63,819 nucleotides of DNA, filler included, from Lama guanicoe (GCA_013239625.1; 192 parts of 192 records of this genome joined end to end with filler, not necessarily neighbours in it), one strand, 5' to 3'. Numbered from the whole stretch's first letter, positions 23,529 to 36,848 are shown. Made by a program: numbers and translations. The notes: generated by a model not told the origin, from the sequence alone.

Positions 23529-24689
23529 NNNNNNNNNNNNNNNNNNNNNNNNNNNNNNNNNNNNNNNNNNNNTTAATTAATTAANNNNNNNNNNNNNNNN
23601 NNNNNNNNNNNNNNNNNNNNNNNNNNNNTCCCTGAACAGTAGGACCTTGCTGTTTATCTAAGAACCCATTTTGAGCCCCATCCTAAAAGCAATGGGAAAC
23701 CCTTGACTGGTTTTTAGCAGGAGGGCGGCAGGCTGAGATTTACATTTTTAAATACCTCTGTGGTTTTTGCATAGCACTTAACATGACGTCCAGCACCTAG
23801 GAAGCATGAGTATGTCCAGTATTTGCAGGGTACAGAACTGGGGCTCAGTAAATGTGCACCTNNNNNNNNNNNNNNNNNNNNNNNNNNNNNNNNNNNNNNN
23901 NNNNNTTAATTAATTAANNNNNNNNNNNNNNNNNNNNNNNNNNNNNNNNNNNNNNNNNNNNTCTTCTGACAATAGAGTACAACTTTCTGATTTCTGACCT
24001 AAATCTTCACCTTCCAGTCCTGAAGAGTATTTATTGTAATTTTTTTTTTTTTAGGATAATTCAATGGACTACCCACCCTTCTCCCTGAGGAACTTTTCCC
24101 TCTTCAAGCTTTAGAAGTGAAAGTGCCAGAACAACTGTGAAACTCTTCAGAGAAAGAATGTCAGCTTTAGATGATTTGATTTTCTCTCACTTGANNNNNN
24201 NNNNNNNNNNNNNNNNNNNNNNNNNNNNNNNNNNNNNNTTAATTAATTAANNNNNNNNNNNNNNNNNNNNNNNNNNNNNNNNNNNNNNNNNNNNGGGGTG
24301 GGATGAACGGGGGGGTCTTGCGCTTCACGTGAACGCTCTCTCACCCCTCCCTTGTCCCCACCAGCCTGGAGAGGGAAGCAAGGGCCCAGGGAACCATAGC
24401 GATGGTAACAGAAGGAGCTGCATCCTCTCAGCCACCATCTACGCCCTTACTTTTCCCCGGTGGAGCTCCAGGCAGTTACACGTGCTCCCCTTGGCTGGCA
24501 GCCACTTAAGGGCATCTACTGCAGCCCNNNNNNNNNNNNNNNNNNNNNNNNNNNNNNNNNNNNNNNNNNNNTTAATTAATTAANNNNNNNNNNNNNNNNN
24601 NNNNNNNNNNNNNNNNNNNNNNNNNNNTGAATTGAACAATACATACATGAACTTTTCCATCATGGCAGAAAGTACTGTTAGACAGCACT

Positions 24690-24860
24690 TATCTAGAAAG
24701 ATACACACAAAATTACTTGATTTATGACACAGGTGATACTCTAGTGTAGTGAGGGAAAAGCTGGTCTTTTCAATAAATTGTGATGGATCAAATGTCCATA
24801 TACAAAAATAGACAAATAAATAAATAACCAATTGGTCCACCATCACCCCTACATCATACC
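24690..24860 (+). mobile_element. Old LINE-1 ORF2 fragment
   Basis: ttgatttatgacacaggtg...gggaaaagctggtcttttcaataaattgtg. Confidence 0.6.
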
Positions 24861-25626
24861 NNNNNNNNNNNNNNNNNNNNNNNNNNNNNNNNNNNNNNNN
24901 NNNNTTAATTAATTAANNNNNNNNNNNNNNNNNNNNNNNNNNNNNNNNNNNNNNNNNNNNGCAAACAGCAAGCCAAGGTAAGAGGAGAGGTAACAATGGC
25001 TGGGGGAGGCGAGGGAGAAAACCAGGTCACCTGACAAAAAAGGAGACTCTCACTGAGGTCAAATCTTGTCAAGGTACATAATTATAAAAATAAAAACCTA
25101 CTCTTAGTTTTAAAACTTTAGAAGCAATACATAGACAAGACATGAATTTGGCTGTGAACAGAATGTACACAATATTTTTCTTGTCACCATAAGNNNNNNN
25201 NNNNNNNNNNNNNNNNNNNNNNNNNNNNNNNNNNNNNTTAATTAATTAANNNNNNNNNNNNNNNNNNNNNNNNNNNNNNNNNNNNNNNNNNNNCTAAGAA
25301 ATGGAATTCCAGTTACCTAAATATTTTGAGGGCACCCCCCCCCTTTCAGAGATTCCAGCTGATTTTTTTTAAAAAAAACAAGGCCCTTCCTCATGCACAT
25401 TTCTAACTAAATGAACGAAACTGACCAAAAGTAATTTAGAGTATCAATGGCCGTTATGGGAACTTTTGAAATCTCTAAACTTAACTTTCTTAAAACTAAA
25501 TTGGACCACAGTAGGTCAAAAAATTTNNNNNNNNNNNNNNNNNNNNNNNNNNNNNNNNNNNNNNNNNNNNTTAATTAATTAANNNNNNNNNNNNNNNNNN
25601 NNNNNNNNNNNNNNNNNNNNNNNNNN

Positions 25627-25859
25627 TCTGGATTGGGGAGAATATTGGCCTTGGGGAGGTGATTGGGCTTGGGAAGATGATTGGTCTTGGGGAGGTGATG
25701 CGGCTTGGAGAGATGATGCAACTTGGGGAGGTGATGCGGCTTGGGGAGATGATGCGGGCTTGAGAAGATGATGTGGGCTTGGGGAGATGATGCGGGCTTG
25801 GGGGGCATCTTGCGGGCTTAGGGGCATCATGCGGGCTTAGGGCGTTGAGGTCGGCTTGG
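25627..25859. repeat. G-rich 18/19-bp minisatellite (CTTGGGGAGRTGATGCGG(G))
   Basis: About 12 tandem units fill the contig. Confidence 0.92.
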
Positions 25860-25959
25860 NNNNNNNNNNNNNNNNNNNNNNNNNNNNNNNNNNNNNNNNN
25901 NNNTTAATTAATTAANNNNNNNNNNNNNNNNNNNNNNNNNNNNNNNNNNNNNNNNNNNN

Positions 25960-26192
25960 AGAAAAGTGACTACATTATGCGCCTTCTAATCAAAACCACC
26001 GCAACAACAAGACGACATATTCGGTTCTGGGCAGTGAAGGGTCCAGGAGGGAGGAAGCGAGGATGCTCTCATGGTCTGGATGTTCTAGGAGGCAAACGTG
26101 GTCCCCACCAGGCGACTTGCCGAGGACTCTCTTCCAAGGATGCTGTCTTAGGTCCTACACAACCAAGTTCCCAACTGCCGTGCCCCAATCTT
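25960..26192 (+). repeat. Contig that is a near-identical reverse complement of 11644-11876
   Basis: 6 substitutions in 233 bp, same ends. Confidence 0.97.
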
Positions 26193-26350
26193 NNNNNNNN
26201 NNNNNNNNNNNNNNNNNNNNNNNNNNNNNNNNNNNNTTAATTAATTAANNNNNNNNNNNNNNNNNNNNNNNNNNNNNNNNNNNNNNNNNNNNAAGAACTC
26301 TCATTAATATAACAAACCTTATTTTTGTCAACAAAAATCATGACATGCTG

Positions 26351-26525
26351 ATAGCCACTAACATTTATTGAAAGCCTTACGTATGTAACCTGATGGAGAC
26401 TTTATAACAATCCCACCACACCGGCATACTTACTAGTATCATGCCCAGTTTACAGAGGAAGAGAGTGAGGTGTGGCCAGGACAGGTCCCTTGCCCAGGGT
26501 CACACAGTCTGTAAGTGGCAGACGG
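26351..26525 (-). mobile_element. MIR fragment
   Basis: taacatttattgaa...cccagtttacagaggaagagagtgagg...tgcccagggtcacacagtctgtaagtggcaga. Confidence 0.7.
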
Positions 26526-26625
26526 NNNNNNNNNNNNNNNNNNNNNNNNNNNNNNNNNNNNNNNNNNNNTTAATTAATTAANNNNNNNNNNNNNNNNNNN
26601 NNNNNNNNNNNNNNNNNNNNNNNNN

Positions 26626-26858
26626 GTGACTGCACAATCCACACTACCATGAACAGTATAGGATTGTTCCCTTACCTCCACACCCTCTCCAGCATCTATT
26701 GCTTGCAGACATTTTAATGATAGTCATTTTAGCTGATGTGAAATGACATCTAATTGTAGTTTTGTTCTACATTTATGTGCCAATTAACAATGTTGATCAA
26801 TTTCTCGTATGTCTATTGGCCATTTGTATGTCTTCATTGGTGAATTGCTTGTTTTGCT
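26626..26858 (-). mobile_element. LINE-1 ORF2 3' fragment
   Basis: ctccacaccctctccagcatctattg...attgtagttttg...ttggccatttgtatgtcttcattgg. Confidence 0.88.
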
Positions 26859-27009
26859 NNNNNNNNNNNNNNNNNNNNNNNNNNNNNNNNNNNNNNNNNN
26901 NNTTAATTAATTAANNNNNNNNNNNNNNNNNNNNNNNNNNNNNNNNNNNNNNNNNNNNCTTGCCACGCAGTTACTCGAGTCCTTCTGGTTAACTGCATCA
27001 GCTAGCACG

Positions 27010-27130
27010 AAAACGTCAGTTTCTCAGCGGCTCCAGCCGTGTGTCAAGTGCTCAGTCGCCACGTGCAGCTGGTGGCCCCGGATTCTGGCTCAGGTGTTGT
27101 CGTCACTGCGGAGAGGTTGCTTGGGCTGCC
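27010..27130. mobile_element. MER3/MER33-like remnant, GC-shifted
   Basis: tcagtttctcag...tcaagtgctcagtcgccacgtgcagctggtggc. Confidence 0.55.
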
Positions 27131-27624
27131 CTGGCTTCCACTGCACTGAGGGGCCGGCAGAACGTGGTGCCTCCAAGAACTGTAAGACTGTNNNNNNNNN
27201 NNNNNNNNNNNNNNNNNNNNNNNNNNNNNNNNNNNTTAATTAATTAANNNNNNNNNNNNNNNNNNNNNNNNNNNNNNNNNNNNNNNNNNNNTGACATTGA
27301 TATTCCTTTAAAAAAATCTTTACTAAATAAAATTAAAATTAAAATTGATAATGATTTTATCAATAAAATCCAAAGGCAAAACATGATACATGATCATATA
27401 TATAAAGTAAGATTTAATTATCCAAATATACATGCAAGAACATATGTGTCATTCTCAAGAGCTAGAGAAAATGTTAATTGAAACTTATATGTGTGAATTT
27501 CCACATGATTCAAACAGGAAAAAANNNNNNNNNNNNNNNNNNNNNNNNNNNNNNNNNNNNNNNNNNNNTTAATTAATTAANNNNNNNNNNNNNNNNNNNN
27601 NNNNNNNNNNNNNNNNNNNNNNNN

Positions 27625-27771
27625 ATCGTAGGACGCTTAGCACCATCCCTGGCTTCACTTCATTAGATGCCAATAGTACCCCCCAAACCCGTTTGTGACA
27701 ACCAGTGATGTCTCCAGACATTGTCCAATGTCCACTGGTGGATACAAATCAGCCCCAATTGAGAACCACTG
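27625..27771. mobile_element. MER20 (hAT-Charlie) fragment with one terminal inverted repeat
   Basis: gtaggacgcttagcaccatccctggc...tagatgccaatagtacc...gtgacaacca...atgtctccagacattg...ttgagaaccactg. Confidence 0.88.
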
Positions 27772-30621
27772 AATTATCCCAAGGTTTCCAGAAAGTCCTT
27801 CAACAAGTTCTCAAAACTGACGGTTTTAATGGATTTGATGAGGTGGGCAAGGTACACNNNNNNNNNNNNNNNNNNNNNNNNNNNNNNNNNNNNNNNNNNN
27901 NTTAATTAATTAANNNNNNNNNNNNNNNNNNNNNNNNNNNNNNNNNNNNNNNNNNNNTAATTACACAGCAGGCTTGCCTGGGGCAGCCTCATGACTGAGG
28001 CCAGCCGGGGGTGTGACACACTGCTGTAGTTTGATGAACGCATGGTGGCATTCGGATGGGTATGAAGTTGGAAACCCACAGAGAGGACTCACTGAGACAA
28101 CACACATGAACCAGGCAGGGGGGACACCTCTGAGTGCCCCCGGTCAGGACCCCAGGCCAGGAATGTGGACACCAAGAGGTGTCAAGCCCANNNNNNNNNN
28201 NNNNNNNNNNNNNNNNNNNNNNNNNNNNNNNNNNTTAATTAATTAANNNNNNNNNNNNNNNNNNNNNNNNNNNNNNNNNNNNNNNNNNNNTGGTACACAT
28301 CACAGGTTTGCAGGAGTATGCTCGCTCGGGGGGAGATACTAAGCTTCGCCTCATTGTAACAATAAACACAATCAAGAGTTCCTCTTTTCACCACAATTTT
28401 AAAAGACAGAATAGATAAAGCACTTCTCTCATCAAAGCCATGTTGCAGAACAGGAAGGAGAGTGACTCTAACAATAGTAAACCAGTGTTATTTTTAATTT
28501 AATCTTTTAAGAACTGTAGTTTCNNNNNNNNNNNNNNNNNNNNNNNNNNNNNNNNNNNNNNNNNNNNTTAATTAATTAANNNNNNNNNNNNNNNNNNNNN
28601 NNNNNNNNNNNNNNNNNNNNNNNTCTTAGACTGTCCAGCTCTGAACTTGCTCTGAATCTCAAGCATTTCTATACATAAAACACTCAGATGCTTTCATGGA
28701 TTTTTCTGTACGTTAGATTTATTGACACTTAACTTGGTGACTTCCAAAATGTGCTTTCATGCACAGAACAGCTTGAATACTGGTCTCTATCAATGATCTG
28801 GAGCACCTTATAAATAATAACATTTTGCTACTTACATAAAAATGTTGCTTATTTTCNNNNNNNNNNNNNNNNNNNNNNNNNNNNNNNNNNNNNNNNNNNN
28901 TTAATTAATTAANNNNNNNNNNNNNNNNNNNNNNNNNNNNNNNNNNNNNNNNNNNNTTTTTTTTCCTGTGTGGAAAAAATAGAAACTGCATATGCTAAGG
29001 CAGAAACTGTTACTAAATAATTGGAAGAAATATCCCCAGTGCATGTGCTTGGAAATAAATGATAGCTTATTTTCTCTTCATTTGAATGCCTCTACCTATA
29101 TTTCAGTTCTCACCAAGAGGCACTGTTGCAAAGACTTGTGGTTCAGTGTGGCTCTACCATCTTCTGACTTTGACAGGGTGTTGAAGATANNNNNNNNNNN
29201 NNNNNNNNNNNNNNNNNNNNNNNNNNNNNNNNNTTAATTAATTAANNNNNNNNNNNNNNNNNNNNNNNNNNNNNNNNNNNNNNNNNNNNCTATTATGTGG
29301 AAGTTCTCGATTCGAAGCCCTTGTTAAAGCCAGTATTAATTAGAATACAAAAAAAAACTTTAAAATTTCGGTGAATTCCTTGAAACTCATTGTAGACTAG
29401 CTTGAAAGTTAAAAGCTCTAGATGGGGCATGTGGAGTGCTCAGTGTCATGGAGGCCGCCACAGTTTTGTCAGCTTTACCACCAGGAACCCAACCCAAGTT
29501 CTCACTGTGAAGACCAGAGAATNNNNNNNNNNNNNNNNNNNNNNNNNNNNNNNNNNNNNNNNNNNNTTAATTAATTAANNNNNNNNNNNNNNNNNNNNNN
29601 NNNNNNNNNNNNNNNNNNNNNNCTCTTCATCCTGTCCTGTCCTCTTCCTGTGTCCTGATAGGGACTGACAGCCAGTGAACCTGTTTAGGACACCTATGAA
29701 GAAAAGACCTCTGGCCATCTCTGTGGTCACTTCCTTAGCCCTCCAAGGAGAGAGGGAACCTTTATCTTCAAGACTACTCCGCCTGGCCCTCTGTCTTCTC
29801 TGTATATGCGCCTGGGAGGGATCTTGGGACCCAGTGTCCTCAGATCAGCTGACTGNNNNNNNNNNNNNNNNNNNNNNNNNNNNNNNNNNNNNNNNNNNNT
29901 TAATTAATTAANNNNNNNNNNNNNNNNNNNNNNNNNNNNNNNNNNNNNNNNNNNNAGTGCTCTCTGCAGCATCTGGAAACACAAACACGAGAGGATGTCG
30001 TTAGCCATCTGGGGCTGCCATTGCGGAATGAGACGTTTGGATCAGTGATTTAACGTTAAGCTGTGGAGGGAAATGGGGTTGTTTTTAATCACCTCAGGTC
30101 CTCCAAGTCTTCAGGTGCCTCCCCAAGGACCGTGTTCCATCACCCAGTGCAGCACTGTCACTGCGGCTCCAGTCACAGTCCTTGTCCANNNNNNNNNNNN
30201 NNNNNNNNNNNNNNNNNNNNNNNNNNNNNNNNTTAATTAATTAANNNNNNNNNNNNNNNNNNNNNNNNNNNNNNNNNNNNNNNNNNNNAGAAACAGCTTT
30301 TCAAAGTAAGTATGATTATTAAGCTTTTCTAAAGGCAGTTCTGAATTTGTCACTTATATGGACTAATTCTACCTTTAAAAATAGGAATGCCTTACATATA
30401 ATCTCCTTAAAGAAAACAAGCACTTGAAAATGCAAAACATTTTTGTATTTTACCCTAAGTGTAAAAATAAATATTTCACTAAGGAATGGGGAAAAAATGA
30501 AGCACATTTAAATAATTTTATNNNNNNNNNNNNNNNNNNNNNNNNNNNNNNNNNNNNNNNNNNNNTTAATTAATTAANNNNNNNNNNNNNNNNNNNNNNN
30601 NNNNNNNNNNNNNNNNNNNNN

Positions 30622-30810
30622 TACAGTATTATGTTAGTTTCAGGTGCACAACTTAGTGAGTCAGTTTTTTCATATATTACATACCATACAAAGTTATTAC
30701 AATATTATTAACTGTATTCCCTATGCTGTACCTTACATCCCTGTGACTTATTAATTTTATAACTGGCAGATTGTACCTCTTAATTCCCTTCACCTTTCTT
30801 ATTCATCCCT
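30622..30810 (-). mobile_element. LINE-1 3' end (L1MA9-like)
   Basis: attatgttagttttcaggtgcacaac...actgtattccctatgctgtac...catccctgtgacttattaattttataactgg. Confidence 0.8.
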
Positions 30811-32952
30811 TTTATCTTCTTTTCATGAGGCTTCTTCTTGTTATAGAGTTGAGANNNNNNNNNNNNNNNNNNNNNNNNNNNNNNNNNNNNNNNNNNNNTT
30901 AATTAATTAANNNNNNNNNNNNNNNNNNNNNNNNNNNNNNNNNNNNNNNNNNNNAGGTTGAGTATATTAGACATTGAGGAAGTTTTAAGTAATGAAGTTC
31001 TGACTTTTTACCCATCTACTGGATCTGGCAGTCTGCCCTCTTGGTCTGGGGCAACCCAGCTGAAAAGGGGACCCAACTTCCCTAGTGAACCTGGGGTCAC
31101 TCCTAACAGGATGAGATGGAGCAGAGAGATAGTCCAGGACAAAAGTATGTGGGGACTAAGGGTTAACCCAAAGCAGGGAGAGGCTGGNNNNNNNNNNNNN
31201 NNNNNNNNNNNNNNNNNNNNNNNNNNNNNNNTTAATTAATTAANNNNNNNNNNNNNNNNNNNNNNNNNNNNNNNNNNNNNNNNNNNNTTTTTACTACTAT
31301 TTTTGTGACCCCTCAATATCTTTGAAATAATTTAGCGTACATTTCCCTCCAACATATGCAAAATTTAGTTGTTAATGAAATTTATCCCATATTTGTTAAA
31401 ATTCTAAAGAGTAAAATTGAATTACCTGTAATGTGCTAACATCCCTTAAACAAATGCCCAAATCTTATATTTGAGATTTTTAAAAAAAGACTGTATATTT
31501 GTTAGCCTAATATAATTGTTNNNNNNNNNNNNNNNNNNNNNNNNNNNNNNNNNNNNNNNNNNNNTTAATTAATTAANNNNNNNNNNNNNNNNNNNNNNNN
31601 NNNNNNNNNNNNNNNNNNNNTCCTCAAGCTCCCGTCCTCCCCACTGTTGGAGGGGGCGTAGGGATGTGGGGGATTATGGCCAAAGAGGATCTCGTTCCCG
31701 GGGCTGGTCGGGACAGCGCAGGCTCAGCGCGGGCAGAGCCAGGCTGGGTGGGCCTGAAGCTTTTGTGACCCAAACACCGTCTCTAAGGGAGAGATCATAA
31801 ACCCAAAACTGGGTTCCCACATGAGCAGCCAGATCAAGGAGCTCCGAGCTGGGNNNNNNNNNNNNNNNNNNNNNNNNNNNNNNNNNNNNNNNNNNNNTTA
31901 ATTAATTAANNNNNNNNNNNNNNNNNNNNNNNNNNNNNNNNNNNNNNNNNNNNGCTTGCCCACCCCTTTCCAGTAGCGCTCAAGTCCTTGGTGAGGCTGG
32001 ATTCAGAGGAGAGACAGCCAGGTCTACTCTTTCTCTTGAGGAGTATCCACTGCCTTGAACTTCATACAGACTTGGGCCAGCAACAAACATGAAACAGACA
32101 ACTGAAAGTGGTGTTACCGCCCCAAGCACTCTCTCCCCTTTTGGCCTCTATATTCCACTGTGCTGCTTCTCCTTCTGTACTCTTCCNNNNNNNNNNNNNN
32201 NNNNNNNNNNNNNNNNNNNNNNNNNNNNNNTTAATTAATTAANNNNNNNNNNNNNNNNNNNNNNNNNNNNNNNNNNNNNNNNNNNNACCCATTACAAATG
32301 AATAAACAAGGATCGTATAAGAAGTATTAAAGCAAATATTTCAACACTTGTATACAGAGATATTCATTCCACTGCTTTGAGGGATTGAAAATTCTCCTTT
32401 CCAGACTTTTTATCATTGTGATGGACTAAGTTGATGTAGAAAGCACTCGTTGTTCCTAACACAGATAAATGCTACATGAAATATAATTTAAAAACATTTG
32501 AAATGCACAACTAAGCACTNNNNNNNNNNNNNNNNNNNNNNNNNNNNNNNNNNNNNNNNNNNNTTAATTAATTAANNNNNNNNNNNNNNNNNNNNNNNNN
32601 NNNNNNNNNNNNNNNNNNNGGTCCGTGGATGTGAGTTTCCGTATACTTGTGAGAGAGGGTGAGTTACCAGTGTCCTTCTGCTCTACCATCTTGGCCTCCC
32701 TCCCCACAAGGGTAAATCTTGAAACACTTACCCTGACTTCTCAGCATGTTTCCTAGAGCCAGTTTCAAGTTATAGGATGTTTGCCCTTTAAAAGCAAGTG
32801 TAAGTAAGTGCCACCCCTTAGATATATAGGTAGGGCTCTCTCTCAAACCCAGNNNNNNNNNNNNNNNNNNNNNNNNNNNNNNNNNNNNNNNNNNNNTTAA
32901 TTAATTAANNNNNNNNNNNNNNNNNNNNNNNNNNNNNNNNNNNNNNNNNNNN

Positions 32953-33185
32953 TTTCCTGTTGCCTGTGGAGTCTCTGCTGAAATGAATCAGGATTCGAGC
33001 TTTAGGATGAAACAGAAAATGAAAGCATGTTGTTTGCCAGGACGCTGTGGGTTATATTCATGTGTAACAACTTGATTTGGAACACTGGAATTTCATTCTT
33101 TTCTGTTGTGTTTTTTGTTTAAGGCAATTAACTAGTCCCAGGAAGGATCCTTCAGTTATATAAAATTTTGTTTAATGAAATGTCA
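32953..33185 (+). other. Probable conserved mRNA 3' UTR segment (gene or processed pseudogene), tentatively TPM3-like
   Basis: gctgaaatgaatcaggattcgagc...gaaaatgaaagcatgttgtttgccaggac...ctagtcccaggaaggatccttcagtta...tttaatgaaatgtca resembles a remembered human 3' UTR; the identity is unverified. Confidence 0.4.
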
Positions 33186-36100
33186 NNNNNNNNNNNNNNN
33201 NNNNNNNNNNNNNNNNNNNNNNNNNNNNNTTAATTAATTAANNNNNNNNNNNNNNNNNNNNNNNNNNNNNNNNNNNNNNNNNNNNGGGCAGTGCCTGGGA
33301 GCTGCTGGCGGGGGCGCCATCTGGACCCAGGACTGGCACCAGCGCTTCATGAAAATCGTGCACCGGGCCCTCCCCTCCTCAGGGCGAGAGGAGCGGGTGT
33401 TTGGAGCGCCTCCCAAACAGGAGGGCGGAAGAATGTAGGTCAACTCCTGGCTGCCGGGAAGAGTGATGTCATCGCTCCTGGGAAAAGATGGGGCGGCAGT
33501 GAGTTTGGGGGCTGGTGCNNNNNNNNNNNNNNNNNNNNNNNNNNNNNNNNNNNNNNNNNNNNTTAATTAATTAANNNNNNNNNNNNNNNNNNNNNNNNNN
33601 NNNNNNNNNNNNNNNNNNCATTGCTTATATATGCATGATATATACCTAGGTACCTACATATTTCATGCATATATTTTTACATAGAGCTATATAATACAAT
33701 CAATATAGTATGTGTGTATATCTGTACATGCATGCATATATCATATCACGTATGTAATAATACAGACATGACATGGAGATACTCCCCTAGGAATATTTGT
33801 GGATGTAGTTATGATAAGTACTGCAGAATGGCTCACTATGCTGTATTTGAGNNNNNNNNNNNNNNNNNNNNNNNNNNNNNNNNNNNNNNNNNNNNTTAAT
33901 TAATTAANNNNNNNNNNNNNNNNNNNNNNNNNNNNNNNNNNNNNNNNNNNNTCAGGGAAAGCGCTGTGTGTTAAATTACGAAGGAGGTGAAAGTTCGTTT
34001 TCGTCTTTTTGATTCTCCATTTTCCCTCGTCTCCTCTGTGCCTCTTTCTTCTCTCAGATATTATCTGCCCTTTTATCTTGCTCTTTCTTTCATGTATTCA
34101 AACACTGCTTTAGAAGGGCATTCTCACCCCGTGGGTCTAGGGTGATGCCTCTGTCTTCTAAAGGAATCCGTGGAGCCGACACTTNNNNNNNNNNNNNNNN
34201 NNNNNNNNNNNNNNNNNNNNNNNNNNNNTTAATTAATTAANNNNNNNNNNNNNNNNNNNNNNNNNNNNNNNNNNNNNNNNNNNNGCCTCCACTGATTAAA
34301 AGTGACGTAGGGCTTTGCAAGAATTCCCAAACGCACCCATGCCAAAGCCCACATAAGTAGAAAATATAAGTTTACAACACTATATTCTGGGGAGGAAGGG
34401 GAGGGATTCAATAATGGTCAAGAATCATTCACCCAAACTGCCAAATTTTACAATCTTACTGAAGACACTGAACAATGCCAATACGGTCAGTTTATCACTT
34501 ATGTTGCAAAACACCAANNNNNNNNNNNNNNNNNNNNNNNNNNNNNNNNNNNNNNNNNNNNTTAATTAATTAANNNNNNNNNNNNNNNNNNNNNNNNNNN
34601 NNNNNNNNNNNNNNNNNGTTTAAGAAAGTAACATTCAATAAGACAGTTCAAACTGAAAAATTTAAAAAGCTTCTCAGAGACTCTGACTTGCAGGGAATTG
34701 AGAACCAACAAGATAAACTCTCTGTAATACAAGCCTTCCACCAATATTAACCTTCAACTTCAACTGAAGACCATGGAGAGCCAGGGGCAATCTAAGACCA
34801 GGTGAAATCTCCTGACAAGCCTGCAACGGGCCTGCAACACCACATTCACCNNNNNNNNNNNNNNNNNNNNNNNNNNNNNNNNNNNNNNNNNNNNTTAATT
34901 AATTAANNNNNNNNNNNNNNNNNNNNNNNNNNNNNNNNNNNNNNNNNNNNCCCCGCTGAAGCAGGGCCCCCTCCTTGCCAGGGGCGGGGCCCCTCCTCCC
35001 CGGTCCTGGCCAGACACAGGCCACGGACCTCCTGCTCTGGGCGGGCAGGTGAAGAGCTGTCATTTCGGTTGTATCCAGATGTAACCAGCAATGTGCAGAA
35101 CACACTGGAAAGAAGGGAACTTTCACAAAACACTCTAACTGAAATTACTTAAGGAAGAGTGAACCGTAAGCTCATCATAGATTNNNNNNNNNNNNNNNNN
35201 NNNNNNNNNNNNNNNNNNNNNNNNNNNTTAATTAATTAANNNNNNNNNNNNNNNNNNNNNNNNNNNNNNNNNNNNNNNNNNNNTTCTCCTAGAATTTTTT
35301 CTGCATAGTACAGTGATTATATTCTCATTTCTACTAGCTGTTTAGCTTTTAGAGTCTTTAAGGAGGTACTTTAGTATGTGCAGACGTTTTAAACATAATC
35401 AGTAGGAGTCAGAGGCTATGTCTATGTCAATTCATCTTCACTGGTGCTGGAAGTTGAGATTTCCATTTGACTATGCCAGTTTAGTACATCTGGTCAACCT
35501 TGCATAGGACATGCTGNNNNNNNNNNNNNNNNNNNNNNNNNNNNNNNNNNNNNNNNNNNNTTAATTAATTAANNNNNNNNNNNNNNNNNNNNNNNNNNNN
35601 NNNNNNNNNNNNNNNNCTGATGCATTCTTTTATCAACATGAAGCAAACCAGTGTTTGAAGGGTAAAGAAAAGGCTAGCACAGCTTCTGACAGCAGCCTTT
35701 GCTTCTGCCTGCCTGGGAGAGGAAAGCACCCCTTTCTGACTGCATGTGCAAAAACTGTCTGGATTCAGACTTCTCTGGCTATAATTCTAATATATCAATG
35801 TTTGCTACAAAAAATGAGTATCCAAACCTACTATACTCCTAATAAATCANNNNNNNNNNNNNNNNNNNNNNNNNNNNNNNNNNNNNNNNNNNNTTAATTA
35901 ATTAANNNNNNNNNNNNNNNNNNNNNNNNNNNNNNNNNNNNNNNNNNNNAGCAGACTTTTCAGGTTCGTTACAGGCCAGGTATTAAAAGGCTACTAGTGG
36001 GGAGATACAGCATTGATGGATATGAGGCCACACACTAACTTATTCTACAAGATCCTCTGGTGCAAACATCAGAACACACTTTTTTTTTCTGGGGTAGCCA

Positions 36101-36615
36101 TTTTTCACTGCCAACTAGGTTTAGTGTAGGGTACACACACCCTTCCCCCCCAAAAAATGTTGCTTTGCTAAACCTGATAGATNNNNNNNNNNNNNNNNNN
36201 NNNNNNNNNNNNNNNNNNNNNNNNNNTTAATTAATTAANNNNNNNNNNNNNNNNNNNNNNNNNNNNNNNNNNNNNNNNNNNNATTTGGTGGGAGGAGGGC
36301 AATGGAGGAGGAGTGAGAGGGGAAAAAAAAAAAAACCAAAACAAGGTATTTAAAACCTGTGTCTTTTTCAAGGTGATGGTTTGGGGCGACATCAGAGAAC
36401 GGCCACCCCGTTCGCTGCTCTCAGATTCCACACGCAGGGTGCTCTGCTGATGCTTACTGAGTCTTACACGTGAACCTAGCAGAGGCCACCCAGTCCGTTG
36501 CTTCTGGTTCTTTGCNNNNNNNNNNNNNNNNNNNNNNNNNNNNNNNNNNNNNNNNNNNNTTAATTAATTAANNNNNNNNNNNNNNNNNNNNNNNNNNNNN
36601 NNNNNNNNNNNNNNN

Positions 36616-36848
36616 GGGAGGGTTATTCCTCCAGCTTCATTCTTTTTCTTCAGTATTGATTTGGGTCTTCTGTGATTCCATATACATTTTAAGATTATTT
36701 GTTCTAGTTCTGTGAAAAATGTCATGAGTAGTTTGATAGGGATCACACTACATCTGTAGACTGCTTTGAGCGGTATGGCCATTTTAACAATATTGATTTT
36801 TCCAATCCAAGAACATGGGATATCTTTCCATTTCTTTAAGTTATCTTT
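36616..36848 (-). mobile_element. LINE-1 ORF2 fragment
   Basis: Minus [58 protein letters not shown] matches ORF2 ([23 protein letters not shown]...KKKNKAGGITL) with a small deletion. Confidence 0.95.

Noticed and set aside
11596..26240. Conserved duplicated small protein MRLLIKTTATTR...
   Set aside because: The similarity is just the twin contigs; 5 of the 6 substitutions change the amino acid, so there is no sign of coding constraint.
33619..33780. Palindrome-rich AT segment (ATGCAT, TAGGTACCTA)
   Set aside because: Degenerate (TA/CA/TG)n low-complexity sequence, which generates such palindromes trivially.
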